From NCBI GenBank assembly GCA_001778985.1, contig MFIU01000001.1, forward strand, positions 190,934 through 254,933: a stretch of DNA of 64,000 nucleotides, read 5' to 3'. Shown piece by piece: positions 36,023-47,516 of this stretch. Under the pieces are notes generated by a model. The model ran no database searches. It saw only the letters and a program-made list of their open reading frames with translations, and was not told the DNA's origin. The DNA is from Candidatus Giovannonibacteria bacterium RIFOXYD1_FULL_48_21. GTDB lineage: Bacteria; Patescibacteriota; Minisyncoccia; JACPKW01; UBA11713. Each line of letters opens with the position of its first letter. The stretch's first letter is position 1. The translations under genes were made by a program, and so were the position numbers.

Positions 36023-36403
36023 ATGAACAAAAAGATTTTGATAATTGACGACGACGAATTTTTGCTGGATATGTACTCTTTGAAGTTTCGGGAAGCCGGT
36101 TTTCAAGTGGAAGTGGGCCGGAGCGGAGAAGAGGCGCTGAATCTGGTGCGCCAGGGCTTGAAGCCGGAAGTGGTTTTGCTGGACATCGTGATGCCCACGA
36201 TTGACGGCTTTGAATTTCTGCGGCTCGTGAAAAAAGAAAATCTCCTGCAAGGAGCGCTGGTGGTGATTTTGTCCAACTTGGGCCAGCGGGAAGATATCGA
36301 GAAAGGCTTGGCTTTGGGAGCTAACGACTATATCGTGAAAGCTCACTCCACCCCCTCCGAAGTGCTTCGAAAAATTGAAACCCTCTTAGAGAAGAAAGCA
36401 TGA
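36023..36403 (+). CDS. Stand-alone response-regulator receiver domain protein (CheY-like)
   Basis: DD..D...K receiver signature (IIDDDEFL...LLDIVMP...K). Confidence 0.85.
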   Translation: MNKKILIIDDDEFLLDMYSLKFREAGFQVEVGRSGEEALNLVRQGLKPEVVLLDIVMPTIDGFEFLRLVKKENLLQGALVVILSNLGQREDIEKGLALGANDYIVKAHSTPSEVLRKIETLLEKKA

Positions 36404-37482
36404 GTCCTCTCAAGGATTACGAAGCGGAGCTGAAAGAGCTTATTGGAGCCGTGCTCCGCGAGCAGGCCTCCGACCTCCATATCTCGGCTGGACGCCACCC
36501 CACTTTACGGATTGCCGGCCGCTTGACGCCCTTGGTGAAAACGCAGGTTTTGACTCCCCAAGACACCGAGGGTTTCATCTTCGCCATGCTGGATGACCAA
36601 AAACGCTCTAAGCTCATCTCTGAACGGGAGCTGGATTTTTCTTACAATTTTGAAACGAAGGCCCGCTTTCGGGTGAACGCCTATTTTGAGCGCGGCTTTC
36701 TGGCCGTGGCGCTTCGGTTTGTGCCAGTGGAGATTAAGAGCTTAAAGGATTTGAACCTGCCGGATATTCTTTTGAACTTCGTAAGAAAAAAACAGGGATT
36801 TTTTCTGGTAGCGGGTCCGACCGGACACGGCAAATCCACCACCCTGGCCTCGCTTCTCAACGCCGTCAATCAGGAAAGATTTGAACACCTGCTTACGATT
36901 GAGGATCCGATCGAGTTTCTTTTCACTCCGGACAAATCTATTATCGACCAGCGCGAGGTCGGTTTTGACACCAAAGATTTTCACCGCTCTCTTCGCTCCA
37001 TGTTTCGGCAGGACGTCAACGTGGCCATGATCGGCGAGATGCGGGACCAGGAGACCATGTCCACGGCGGTGACCGCGGCCGAAACCGGGCATCTTATTCT
37101 TTCTTCCCTGCACACCAATAACGCCGCCCAAACCATTGACCGGATTATTGATTCTTTCCCGCCGGGTCAGCAAAATCAGATTCGCTCCCAGCTCGCCTCC
37201 ACTCTCTTGGGTATTTTCTCCCAAAGGCTTTTACCCCGTATTTCCGGGGGCTTGGTGCCGGCCTACGAGCTTTTAATCGCGACCACGGCCGTTCGGAATT
37301 TGATTCGGGAGGGGAAAAATCACGAACTTGATTTGGTGATTGAGACTTCGGCCGAGCTCGGCATGATAACTTTGAATCAATCCCTCCTCAACTTGGTCCA
37401 GCAGGACGAGATAACTTTTGAGACCGCGCTCGCTTACTCCATCGACCCTAAGAATTTAGAAACTTTATTGGGCCGAAGATGA
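36400..37482 (+). CDS. pilT: Twitching-motility ATPase PilT
   Basis: Walker A (AGPTGHGKSTT), PilT-type core, 360 aa. Confidence 0.92.
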   Translation: MSPLKDYEAELKELIGAVLREQASDLHISAGRHPTLRIAGRLTPLVKTQVLTPQDTEGFIFAMLDDQKRSKLISERELDFSYNFETKARFRVNAYFERGFLAVALRFVPVEIKSLKDLNLPDILLNFVRKKQGFFLVAGPTGHGKSTTLASLLNAVNQERFEHLLTIEDPIEFLFTPDKSIIDQREVGFDTKDFHRSLRSMFRQDVNVAMIGEMRDQETMSTAVTAAETGHLILSSLHTNNAAQTIDRIIDSFPPGQQNQIRSQLASTLLGIFSQRLLPRISGGLVPAYELLIATTAVRNLIREGKNHELDLVIETSAELGMITLNQSLLNLVQQDEITFETALAYSIDPKNLETLLGRR

Positions 37483-37485
37483 AAA

Positions 37486-38697
37486 ATGTCTCTTTATAAC
37501 TATCAAGCCAGAACTCCTGAGGGCGAGGTGAGGGCCGGCACGATCGAATCCCCGAGTTTGGACCTGGCGGTCTCCGCGCTCCAGCGCCGTTCTTTAGTCA
37601 TTGTTTCTCTGACTCCGGCCGAGGAAAAAGTTCCGTGGTACCGCCGGGAGGTTTTACGTTTCGGCGGCATTAAGTTGCGGGACATCGTGATTCTTTCAAG
37701 ACAGCTTGCCATTCTCTTCGAAGCCAAAGTTCCTATCGTTGATTCTCTTAAAATTTTAGCCGCCGAGAGTTTGAAACCTAAACTTCGTCAGGCTCTGGGC
37801 GAGATTTCCACGGACATTCAAGGCGGTTTTTCCATCACCCAGGCCCTCGCGAAACGCCCCGATATTTTTTCAGAATTCTACGTCAATATGGTGCGCTCCG
37901 GCGAAGAGTCCGGCAAGCTGGAAGAAGTGTTTTTGTATCTCGCCGATTATCTGGAGCGAAGTTATGAACTTTTGTCCAAAGCTCGAAACGCCTTGATTTA
38001 CCCCGCTTTCGTGCTGGTTGTTTTTGTGGGAGTGATGGCCGGAATGCTGGTGGGTGTAATTCCGCAGATTTCCGTGATTCTCATCGAGGCCGGGGCCGAT
38101 GTGCCGATTTACACCCAAATTATCATCGCGCTTTCTGATTTTTTGCGGCGTTTTGGAGTTTTGATTTTGATCGCCGCGGGGCTTGGCGGCATTTTTCTCT
38201 GGCGTTACTCCCAGACCGAGGCCGGGCGCTTGTCTCTTTCGCGCTTGGTGCTGGATTTGCCCTGGGTTGGGAATTTGGTTAGAAAATTCTACGTCGCGCG
38301 TTTCGTGGACAACCTCGAAACTCTAATTGTGGGAGGGGTGAGCGTTTTGCGGGCGCTGGAGCTTTCGGCCGAAGTGGTCGGTAACGAAATTTTTTCAAAA
38401 ATCATCCGGGAGGCGGCCGAGGCGGTCAAAGGCGGCGCCCCCATCTCCGAGGCCCTCTCGCGCTGGGAAGACATCCCGCCTTTGGTGACGCAGATGATAA
38501 AGATAGGCGAGGAGACGGGCAAACTCGACTTTATGCTGAAAACTATGGCCCGTTTTTACCGCCGGGAGGTAGAGAACACGGTGGACAACTTGGTGGGCCT
38601 CATTGAACCTGTGATGATAATTATTTTGGGCCTGGGGGTCGGGATTTTGGTGGTATCCGTACTTTTGCCCATCTACAATATTTCCTCAACCTTTTAA
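37486..38697 (+). CDS. pilC: Type IV pilus platform protein PilC (GspF family)
   Basis: Two GspF repeats, 3 TM segments, 403 aa. Confidence 0.9.
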   Translation: MSLYNYQARTPEGEVRAGTIESPSLDLAVSALQRRSLVIVSLTPAEEKVPWYRREVLRFGGIKLRDIVILSRQLAILFEAKVPIVDSLKILAAESLKPKLRQALGEISTDIQGGFSITQALAKRPDIFSEFYVNMVRSGEESGKLEEVFLYLADYLERSYELLSKARNALIYPAFVLVVFVGVMAGMLVGVIPQISVILIEAGADVPIYTQIIIALSDFLRRFGVLILIAAGLGGIFLWRYSQTEAGRLSLSRLVLDLPWVGNLVRKFYVARFVDNLETLIVGGVSVLRALELSAEVVGNEIFSKIIREAAEAVKGGAPISEALSRWEDIPPLVTQMIKIGEETGKLDFMLKTMARFYRREVENTVDNLVGLIEPVMIIILGLGVGILVVSVLLPIYNISSTF

Positions 38698-38715
38698 TTG
38701 TTTTATAATTGAATT

Positions 38716-39168
38716 ATGAAAAAAGCCGGTTTTACTTTAATTGAACTTCTGGTGGTTATCGCGATTATAGGCATTCTGGCCTCCGTGGTTTTAGCTTCGC
38801 TGAATACGGCTAGGAAAAAAGGCAACGATGCCAAAGTCAAAGCCCAGCTCTCGGGCCTGCGGGTCGCGGCGGAGCTCTATTGGGATTCCGCAGGCAATTA
38901 CGGAATCACAACTAATGCCTGCAGTGGCGGTGTTGGAAATATGTTTGCCGATACTGCGTCGAACATGGCAACATATGTCGATGGCGCCAACTACCCTGCT
39001 GGGACCACGATAACTTGCCGCGCCATAGCTGCTCCAGCTTCCTACGCGGTTTCCGCTAATTTAAGCGATGCCAACGCGGCCGCGGTTGACAACTGGTGCG
39101 TGGACTCGACCGGCGTTTCCAAAGCTATCGCTAGTTACCTGGCAAGCGGAGACACCACCTGCAACTAA
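38716..39168 (+). CDS. Type IV pilin (prepilin-type N-terminal cleavage/methylation domain), paralog 1
   Basis: GFTLIELLVVIAIIGILA class III signal; C-terminal Cys pair. Confidence 0.9.
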   Translation: MKKAGFTLIELLVVIAIIGILASVVLASLNTARKKGNDAKVKAQLSGLRVAAELYWDSAGNYGITTNACSGGVGNMFADTASNMATYVDGANYPAGTTITCRAIAAPASYAVSANLSDANAAAVDNWCVDSTGVSKAIASYLASGDTTCN

Positions 39169-39266
39169 ACTCTTATCCACACTGAAAAATTATTCCGTCC
39201 GGCAACGGGGTATAATAATAGTATTAGAAAAAGAAGGTCGTTTTACTCTTAGACATTAATGTTTTT

Positions 39267-39725
39267 ATGAATATTTTTAGGAAGAAAGCAGGTTTTACCC
39301 TTATTGAACTTCTGGTGGTTATCGCGATTATTGGCATTCTGGCCTCCGTGGTTTTAGCTTCGCTGAATACGGCCCGAAAGCGCGGGAACGACGCCAAAGT
39401 CAAGGCCCAGCTCTCTGGACTTCGCGTGGCCGCGGAATTGTATTTTGATTCCAACGGCGGCTATGGCGCCACCACCGATGTTTGCAGTGTTGGAATGTTC
39501 CCAGATACCGCGTCGAACATGGCCACCTATGTTGACACGGCGAACTATCCTGCTGGGACTACAATAGACTGCCACGCAGTCACTTCCCCGTCTGCCGCCT
39601 ACGCTGTTTCAGCTACTTTGAGTGATGCTAACCCGGCTACAGCCGACGTCTGGTGCGTGGATTCAACCGGCGCCTCCAAAGCTATCGGTGATCGTCTAAC
39701 CACCGCCGGAGACGTTACCTGCTAG
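39267..39725 (+). CDS. Type IV pilin, paralog 2
   Basis: GFTLIELLVVIAIIGILA; 5' 160 nt about 90% identical to paralog 1. Confidence 0.9.
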   Translation: MNIFRKKAGFTLIELLVVIAIIGILASVVLASLNTARKRGNDAKVKAQLSGLRVAAELYFDSNGGYGATTDVCSVGMFPDTASNMATYVDTANYPAGTTIDCHAVTSPSAAYAVSATLSDANPATADVWCVDSTGASKAIGDRLTTAGDVTC

Positions 39726-40195
39726 TGAGAAAGGGTTTTACTTTAATTGAACTCCTGGTGGTAATTGCCGTTATTGGAATTATTGCCGCCATTATAGTTG
39801 TCGCGCTTGGCGGCGCCAGAAATCGCTCTCAAGACGCCAAGGTCAAGGTTCAGGTGTCCGGAGCCAAAAACGCGGCTGAAATTTATTTCAATTCCTCGGG
39901 CGGCTACGGCGCCGCCAATGTTTCCGTCGTTTCGGGAGGAGCATCCTGCGCCGGCGCTATGTTCACGGACGCAAATTCCAGCATGGCCGCGTACGCTGAC
40001 TCTGATAATTATCCCGGAGGAGCCGGGTTGGTCTGCGTTCAGAATTCCAGCGCTTTTGCCTTCGCGGCCTCTCTTTCAATTTCCGGCGAGTACTGGTGCG
40101 CGGACTCCAGCGGCAACCCAGGCAAAATCACGATTTCTAACCCCGCGAGCGTAGTCACCTCTGATGACACCTGCTCCGAACTCGACGCCAGATGA
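39725..40195 (+). CDS. Type IV pilin, paralog 3
   Basis: GFTLIELLVVIAVIGIIA prepilin signal. Confidence 0.9.
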   Translation: MRKGFTLIELLVVIAVIGIIAAIIVVALGGARNRSQDAKVKVQVSGAKNAAEIYFNSSGGYGAANVSVVSGGASCAGAMFTDANSSMAAYADSDNYPGGAGLVCVQNSSAFAFAASLSISGEYWCADSSGNPGKITISNPASVVTSDDTCSELDAR

Positions 40196-40197
40196 GT

Positions 40198-40218
40198 TAT
40201 CGAAGTCCGACTTCGATA
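40198..40218. repeat. REP-like 21-nt perfect palindrome TATCGAAGTCCGACTTCGATA between the convergent pilin and RAYT genes
   Basis: Read directly. Confidence 0.85.
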
Positions 40219-40219
40219 G

Positions 40220-40909
40220 TTATTCTATTATCACCTCTTTGTCCATCTCCTTATAATTTTCTGAACGGAGCCATTCGGTAATATTGGCTTGATATTGTTT
40301 GGGGCCTCCAAAAGATTCATCAAGCAGACCCATATCCAATAATTCTGGGAAATTCATTTTTCCAAGGTAATCCTGGTGACTTGACCATCGGTATGATGCT
40401 AAAAAGTCTAAAGCTTTTTCTGGATTTTTAATGCCGTTTATTTTCCACTCTGGCTCAATCGCCTCGAGCGGGTTTAGATGAATATAGTAGGGGAGATAAA
40501 TAAAATGTCGCTCATTTTTTAATCTCGCGGCTTTATATTTTCCTTGAAAAAGCGGCCCCACCCTCTGATACTTTTTATTAAAATAATTTGTGTATCCGGC
40601 CCCAACCTTTCTCATAAACTCCGTGATTCCATTTCCTGCTATCTGTTCAAGCAGCAAGTGGTAGTGATTTGACATCAGCGCAAACGCCAACACCCTAACT
40701 AATTTCTTACGCGGATATTGAAGTCGGATTTCGATAGATTTTATATCGAAAAAATAGCCTATATTGGTGGCTGAGCTTGAATCATTGAAAAGAGTTAAGC
40801 TATAAACAAATCTTAAGCGGTCACGATCGTTAAGAAAAATGTTCCTTTTTTCCACACCACGATTATAAACGTGATAAATTTTACCGGTGGCAGGTTTTTC
40901 TCTTGGCAT
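40220..40909 (-). mobile_element. REP-associated tyrosine transposase (RAYT / IS200-like HUH Y1 transposase), 229 aa
   Basis: HUH motif (HYHLLLEQ), IHLNPL and RWSSHQDY regions resembling E. coli RayT/YafM; flanked by REP-like palindromes. Confidence 0.7.
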
Positions 40910-40925
40910 ATCTTTAATTCTATTC

Positions 40926-40943
40926 TATCGAAGTCGGACTTCC
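40926..40943. repeat. REP-like half-palindrome TATCGAAGTCGGACTTCC upstream of the RAYT gene
   Basis: Read directly. Confidence 0.8.
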
Positions 40944-40980
40944 AAATGCTTGTTGGGACTTTTCTTTATAGAATAAATAA

Positions 40981-41751
40981 GTGGATTCTATCGAAATCGG
41001 ACTTCTAGTTTTCTTTTTTGGGCTTGCCGTCGGTAGTTTTCTTAACGTAATAATTTTTCGGCATAATACTGGCGAGAAAGTTATTGCCGGACGTTCTAGA
41101 TGTTTCGCCTGCGGGAAGACGCTTCGTTGGCATGAGCTTATTCCGGTTTTAAGTTTTTGCATCCAGAAGGGACGTTGCCGGGACTGCCGCAGTAAAATTT
41201 CCTGGCAGTACCCGGCCGTGGAAATTCTGACTGGACTTCTCTTTTTGTTTTTTTATCTTAAGTGGCGTATAGCGTATAGCCTGCCTGCCGGCGAGGCAGG
41301 CGCCGGGCAGGATTTGATAATTCTACTCTGGTGGTTTTCGATTGCGGCGCTTTTGGTCCTGCTCACCGTCTATGACCTCAAGCATAAAATTCTTCCGGAT
41401 AGATTCAATTACGCCTTTCTAGCTTTAAGCTTTTTTAATATCTTTAATGATTTCGCCGCCCTAACTTTCCTTTTAAGTCTTGGGCCGGCTTTTTTCCTGT
41501 TTTTGCTGTGGTTCATTTCAAGGGGCCGCTGGATGGGTTTGGGCGACGCCAAGCTTATGGCGGCGGGCGGCATTTTTTTGGGTCACATTCAAAGTTTGGT
41601 TGCTCTGGTCTTGAGTTTCTGGATTGGGGCGGCCGTTGGGATTTTCTTGCTTTTCCTGAACCCGAATATTAAACTTAAAAGTGAGATTCCTTTCGGGCCG
41701 TTTCTCGCGCTCGGAATAATCTTGGCTTTTTTCTTTTCTCCCTATGGCTAA
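40981..41751 (+). CDS. pilD: Prepilin peptidase (type IV leader peptidase / N-methyltransferase, A24 family)
   Basis: GSFLNV, zinc-binding CxxC...CxxC, catalytic Asp regions (GLGDAKLMAAGG); start uncertain (GTG at 40981). Confidence 0.85.
   Translation: MDSIEIGLLVFFFGLAVGSFLNVIIFRHNTGEKVIAGRSRCFACGKTLRWHELIPVLSFCIQKGRCRDCRSKISWQYPAVEILTGLLFLFFYLKWRIAYSLPAGEAGAGQDLIILLWWFSIAALLVLLTVYDLKHKILPDRFNYAFLALSFFNIFNDFAALTFLLSLGPAFFLFLLWFISRGRWMGLGDAKLMAAGGIFLGHIQSLVALVLSFWIGAAVGIFLLFLNPNIKLKSEIPFGPFLALGIILAFFFSPYG
40988..41008. repeat. Degenerate REP-like palindrome CTATCGAAATCGGACTTCTAG; encodes the first codons (SIEIGLL) of pilD
   Basis: Read directly. Confidence 0.7.
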
Positions 41752-42133
41752 AAAAGTGAATTCCAGGCTGGGAAAAACGACTATTTTTTGGGCGGGAGTG
41801 GGTATTCTTCTAGCCGCCATATTTATTTTTTCTTTCTATCCTTCCAGGAAAGGGTTAACGCTGATTATTGATTACGGTGGAGGCGACATAAGAACTTTCA
41901 AGACGAGTTATCAGGACGGCCTCACGGCCTGGGATATGCTTCAGCAGGCGAATGCAAACTATCAGATTGTTCTTGAACCGGAGACAGATTTTCGTCCGAA
42001 GGCTATCGGCGAGTTTAAAAACGGCACCGGAGGCAAACATTGGGTTTTATATAAAAACGGCCGGCGACAGGAAGCCAGTCCTATCCAGACCGATCTTTCC
42101 AGCGGAGAGATAATTCGTTTTAGATTTGAATAG
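41744..42133 (+). CDS. DUF4430-like domain protein with an N-terminal TM
   Basis: C-terminal HWVLYKNG....SP....L..GEIIRFRF resembles DUF4430. Confidence 0.45.
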   Translation: MAKKVNSRLGKTTIFWAGVGILLAAIFIFSFYPSRKGLTLIIDYGGGDIRTFKTSYQDGLTAWDMLQQANANYQIVLEPETDFRPKAIGEFKNGTGGKHWVLYKNGRRQEASPIQTDLSSGEIIRFRFE

Positions 42134-42693
42134 TGCGCGGGTTCACCTTACTCGAACTTATAATCACCCTCGCCATTTTCACGATTGTGGCCGGCATTTT
42201 ATTGGCCGATTATCCGCGTTTCGCCGCCCGGATCAACCTCCGCCGCTCCGCCCAGGAGATTGCGCTCTCGATCCGCGAGGCTCAATTCTCGGCTTTCGCG
42301 GTGAGGGGATTTCAGAGCGGCGGGCAGACGATTTTCAAATCCTGGGGGATTAATTTCAACAAAAGCGTTTCGGACAAAGAATATACTTTGTTCGTGGATG
42401 CCAATGGGGATTTTGAGTATGACCCGCCGCCGGCCGCGCCGAACGAACTTGTCAAAAAATTTCAAGTTGCCGGAACTTCCAAAATCGTAAGCCTTTGCGC
42501 CGGGCTTAAAACCGCGATCCCGGACACCTGCAGTCTCAACCGGCTCGATATAATTTATCAGCGCCCCAACCCGGATACCATCCTGAAAGGCAACGGCAGC
42601 GTGTATTCGGATTTGGAGATAATTATTCGGTCCCCGGACGGGCTCCAGAGGACCATCGTGGTTTGGTCAACCGGCCAGATATCCGTAGAGTGA
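42133..42693 (+). CDS. Minor pilin / pseudopilin (GspH/FimT-like)
   Basis: GFTLLELIITLAIFTIVAG prepilin N-terminus. Confidence 0.75.
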   Translation: MRGFTLLELIITLAIFTIVAGILLADYPRFAARINLRRSAQEIALSIREAQFSAFAVRGFQSGGQTIFKSWGINFNKSVSDKEYTLFVDANGDFEYDPPPAAPNELVKKFQVAGTSKIVSLCAGLKTAIPDTCSLNRLDIIYQRPNPDTILKGNGSVYSDLEIIIRSPDGLQRTIVVWSTGQISVE

Positions 42694-42695
42694 TT

Positions 42696-43187
42696 ATGAA
42701 GGGTTTTTCTCTTCTGGAAACAATTGTCGCCATCTCGATACTGACGCTCGCCCTTTTGGGGCCGCTGGCGCTGGCCGCTTTCGCGCTCCGCTCCGCCAGC
42801 TTGTCTGAAAATCAAGTCATCGCTTTTAATTTGGCGGAAGAGGGGATGGAGTTTGTCATAAATAAAAGGGATTCCAACATTTTCGCTGGCGCCGGAAACT
42901 GGCTCGAGGGCCTGACCAACTGCCAGTCTGCCAACGGCTGTTTTGTTGATGTTACCAATAATTCAGTGCAGAGATGTTCTGCGAATTGCCCTTTTCTGAA
43001 ACGCAATTCATCTTCCGGGTTGTACAACTATGCTTCCGGTCCTGATACTATTTTCCGGAGAAGAACGGTGCTTGAAAATGTGGGCTCAAACCAGGACGAA
43101 CGCAAAGTCAAGGTGAGCGTTTCTTGGGCGGAACGCTTCGGGAACCGCTCTTTTACCTTGGAACATAATATTTTTAAGAAGAGATGA
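42696..43187 (+). CDS. Minor pilin (PilV/GspI-like); the ORF track starts earlier, at 42663
   Basis: KGFSLLETIVAISILTLALLG prepilin N-terminus. Confidence 0.7.
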   Translation: MKGFSLLETIVAISILTLALLGPLALAAFALRSASLSENQVIAFNLAEEGMEFVINKRDSNIFAGAGNWLEGLTNCQSANGCFVDVTNNSVQRCSANCPFLKRNSSSGLYNYASGPDTIFRRRTVLENVGSNQDERKVKVSVSWAERFGNRSFTLEHNIFKKR

Positions 43188-43188
43188 T

Positions 43189-43769
43189 ATGAAACGCGAA
43201 GCAGGTTTTACGTTGTTGGAAATGCTGGTATCTTTGGCGGTTTTTTCAGTCGCGCTTTTAATAATTATGGTTACTCTTTTTTCCGTCTTTAACGCCCAGC
43301 GAAAAGCCATCGCGATTCAAAACGCCCAAGACAATCTGCGTTTCGCTTTTGAACATATGACCAAGGAGATTCGGGTCGGCCGCGTTTTTCACTGCGGCAT
43401 TTCCGGCACGCTGACCCAGCCTCAAGATTGCCCCAACGGTTCAACTCCTTCTTCTTTCAGTTTTAAAAATGACGTCGGCCAGACCGTGACTTATCAAGTT
43501 ATTTCCAATCAGCTGGTAAAATCCTCCACCGCCTCCCGGCCCTGCGACAATAGTCCGCCTACGCTCGCGGACTGCCAGAAAATCACGGCGCCGGAAGTGG
43601 TGATAGTGGATCGAGTTGCTTTTTACGTTGACGGTTCGGCCGCTTTTGATGGCAAGCAGGATAGGGTAACGATTGTGCTGGAAGGCCAGGTGCGGGATCC
43701 GCGGGGGATAGGCACCGCCGAGCTTAATCTTCAGACTACGGTTTCCAAAAGAAGTTTAGTCGACCAGCC

Positions 43770-43773
<4 letters not shown>
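43189..43773 (+). CDS. Minor pilin (PilW/GspJ-like)
   Basis: AGFTLLEMLVSLAVFSVALL prepilin N-terminus. Confidence 0.7.
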
Positions 43774-46856
<3,083 letters not shown>

Positions 46857-46881
<25 letters not shown>

Positions 46882-47507
46882 AAATCTCAAAGCATATTCA
46901 TTCGTGTTTACTGGTAGAGGACGAGAGCAAAACGATTTTGATTGACCCGGGGAATTATACTTTTGAAGAGAAGGGGCTTGATATTGGGAAATTAGAAAAG
47001 CTGGACTTTCTTTTGATAACCCATGAGCATCCCGACCACATGCACATGCCTTTGATTAAAGAAATATTGGAGAAATTTCCACAAGCCCAAATTATAAGCA
47101 ACAATTCCGTCAAAAAAATTTTAGAAGAAAGAGGGATAAACGCAACCGAAAATGTTGAACATTCAATGTTCAACATTTTGAAAGCACCGCACGAGCTTTT
47201 GCTCGGAGGCCGCACGGCGGAAAATACCTTGTTTAATATCTCGCAAAAATTAACTCATCCCGGGGACTCTCTTAAATTTGATAAGACCTGCGAGATTTTG
47301 GCGCTTCCCATTCAGGCGCCGTGGGGAAGCTTTGTCGCCTCGGTGGAAAAAGCGGCTCTTTTAAAGCCGAAAATCGTCATTCCAATTCACGACTGGCATT
47401 GGAAGGACGCCGCCCGCCGGAGAATGTACGATATGGCGAGCCAATATCTGTCAGAAAAAGACATTGATTTTCGCGGCCTCGAAACTGGCGAAGAAATATC
47501 GCTATGA
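46857..47507 (+). CDS. MBL-fold metallo-hydrolase
   Basis: HxHxDH motif (THEHPDHMH). Confidence 0.55.
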
Positions 47508-47516
47508 TATATCATA

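Noticed and set aside
38716-39450. Tandem near-identical about 160-nt segments as a possible CRISPR or tandem repeat array
   Set aside because: They are the conserved 5' ends of two paralogous pilin genes (prepilin leader plus N-terminal helix), each continuing into a distinct ORF; not short direct repeats with spacers.
40920-41162. ORF 40920-41162 (minus, 80 aa) upstream of the RAYT gene
   Set aside because: Overlaps the pilD N-terminus on the other strand and the REP copies; no motif; likely noncoding.
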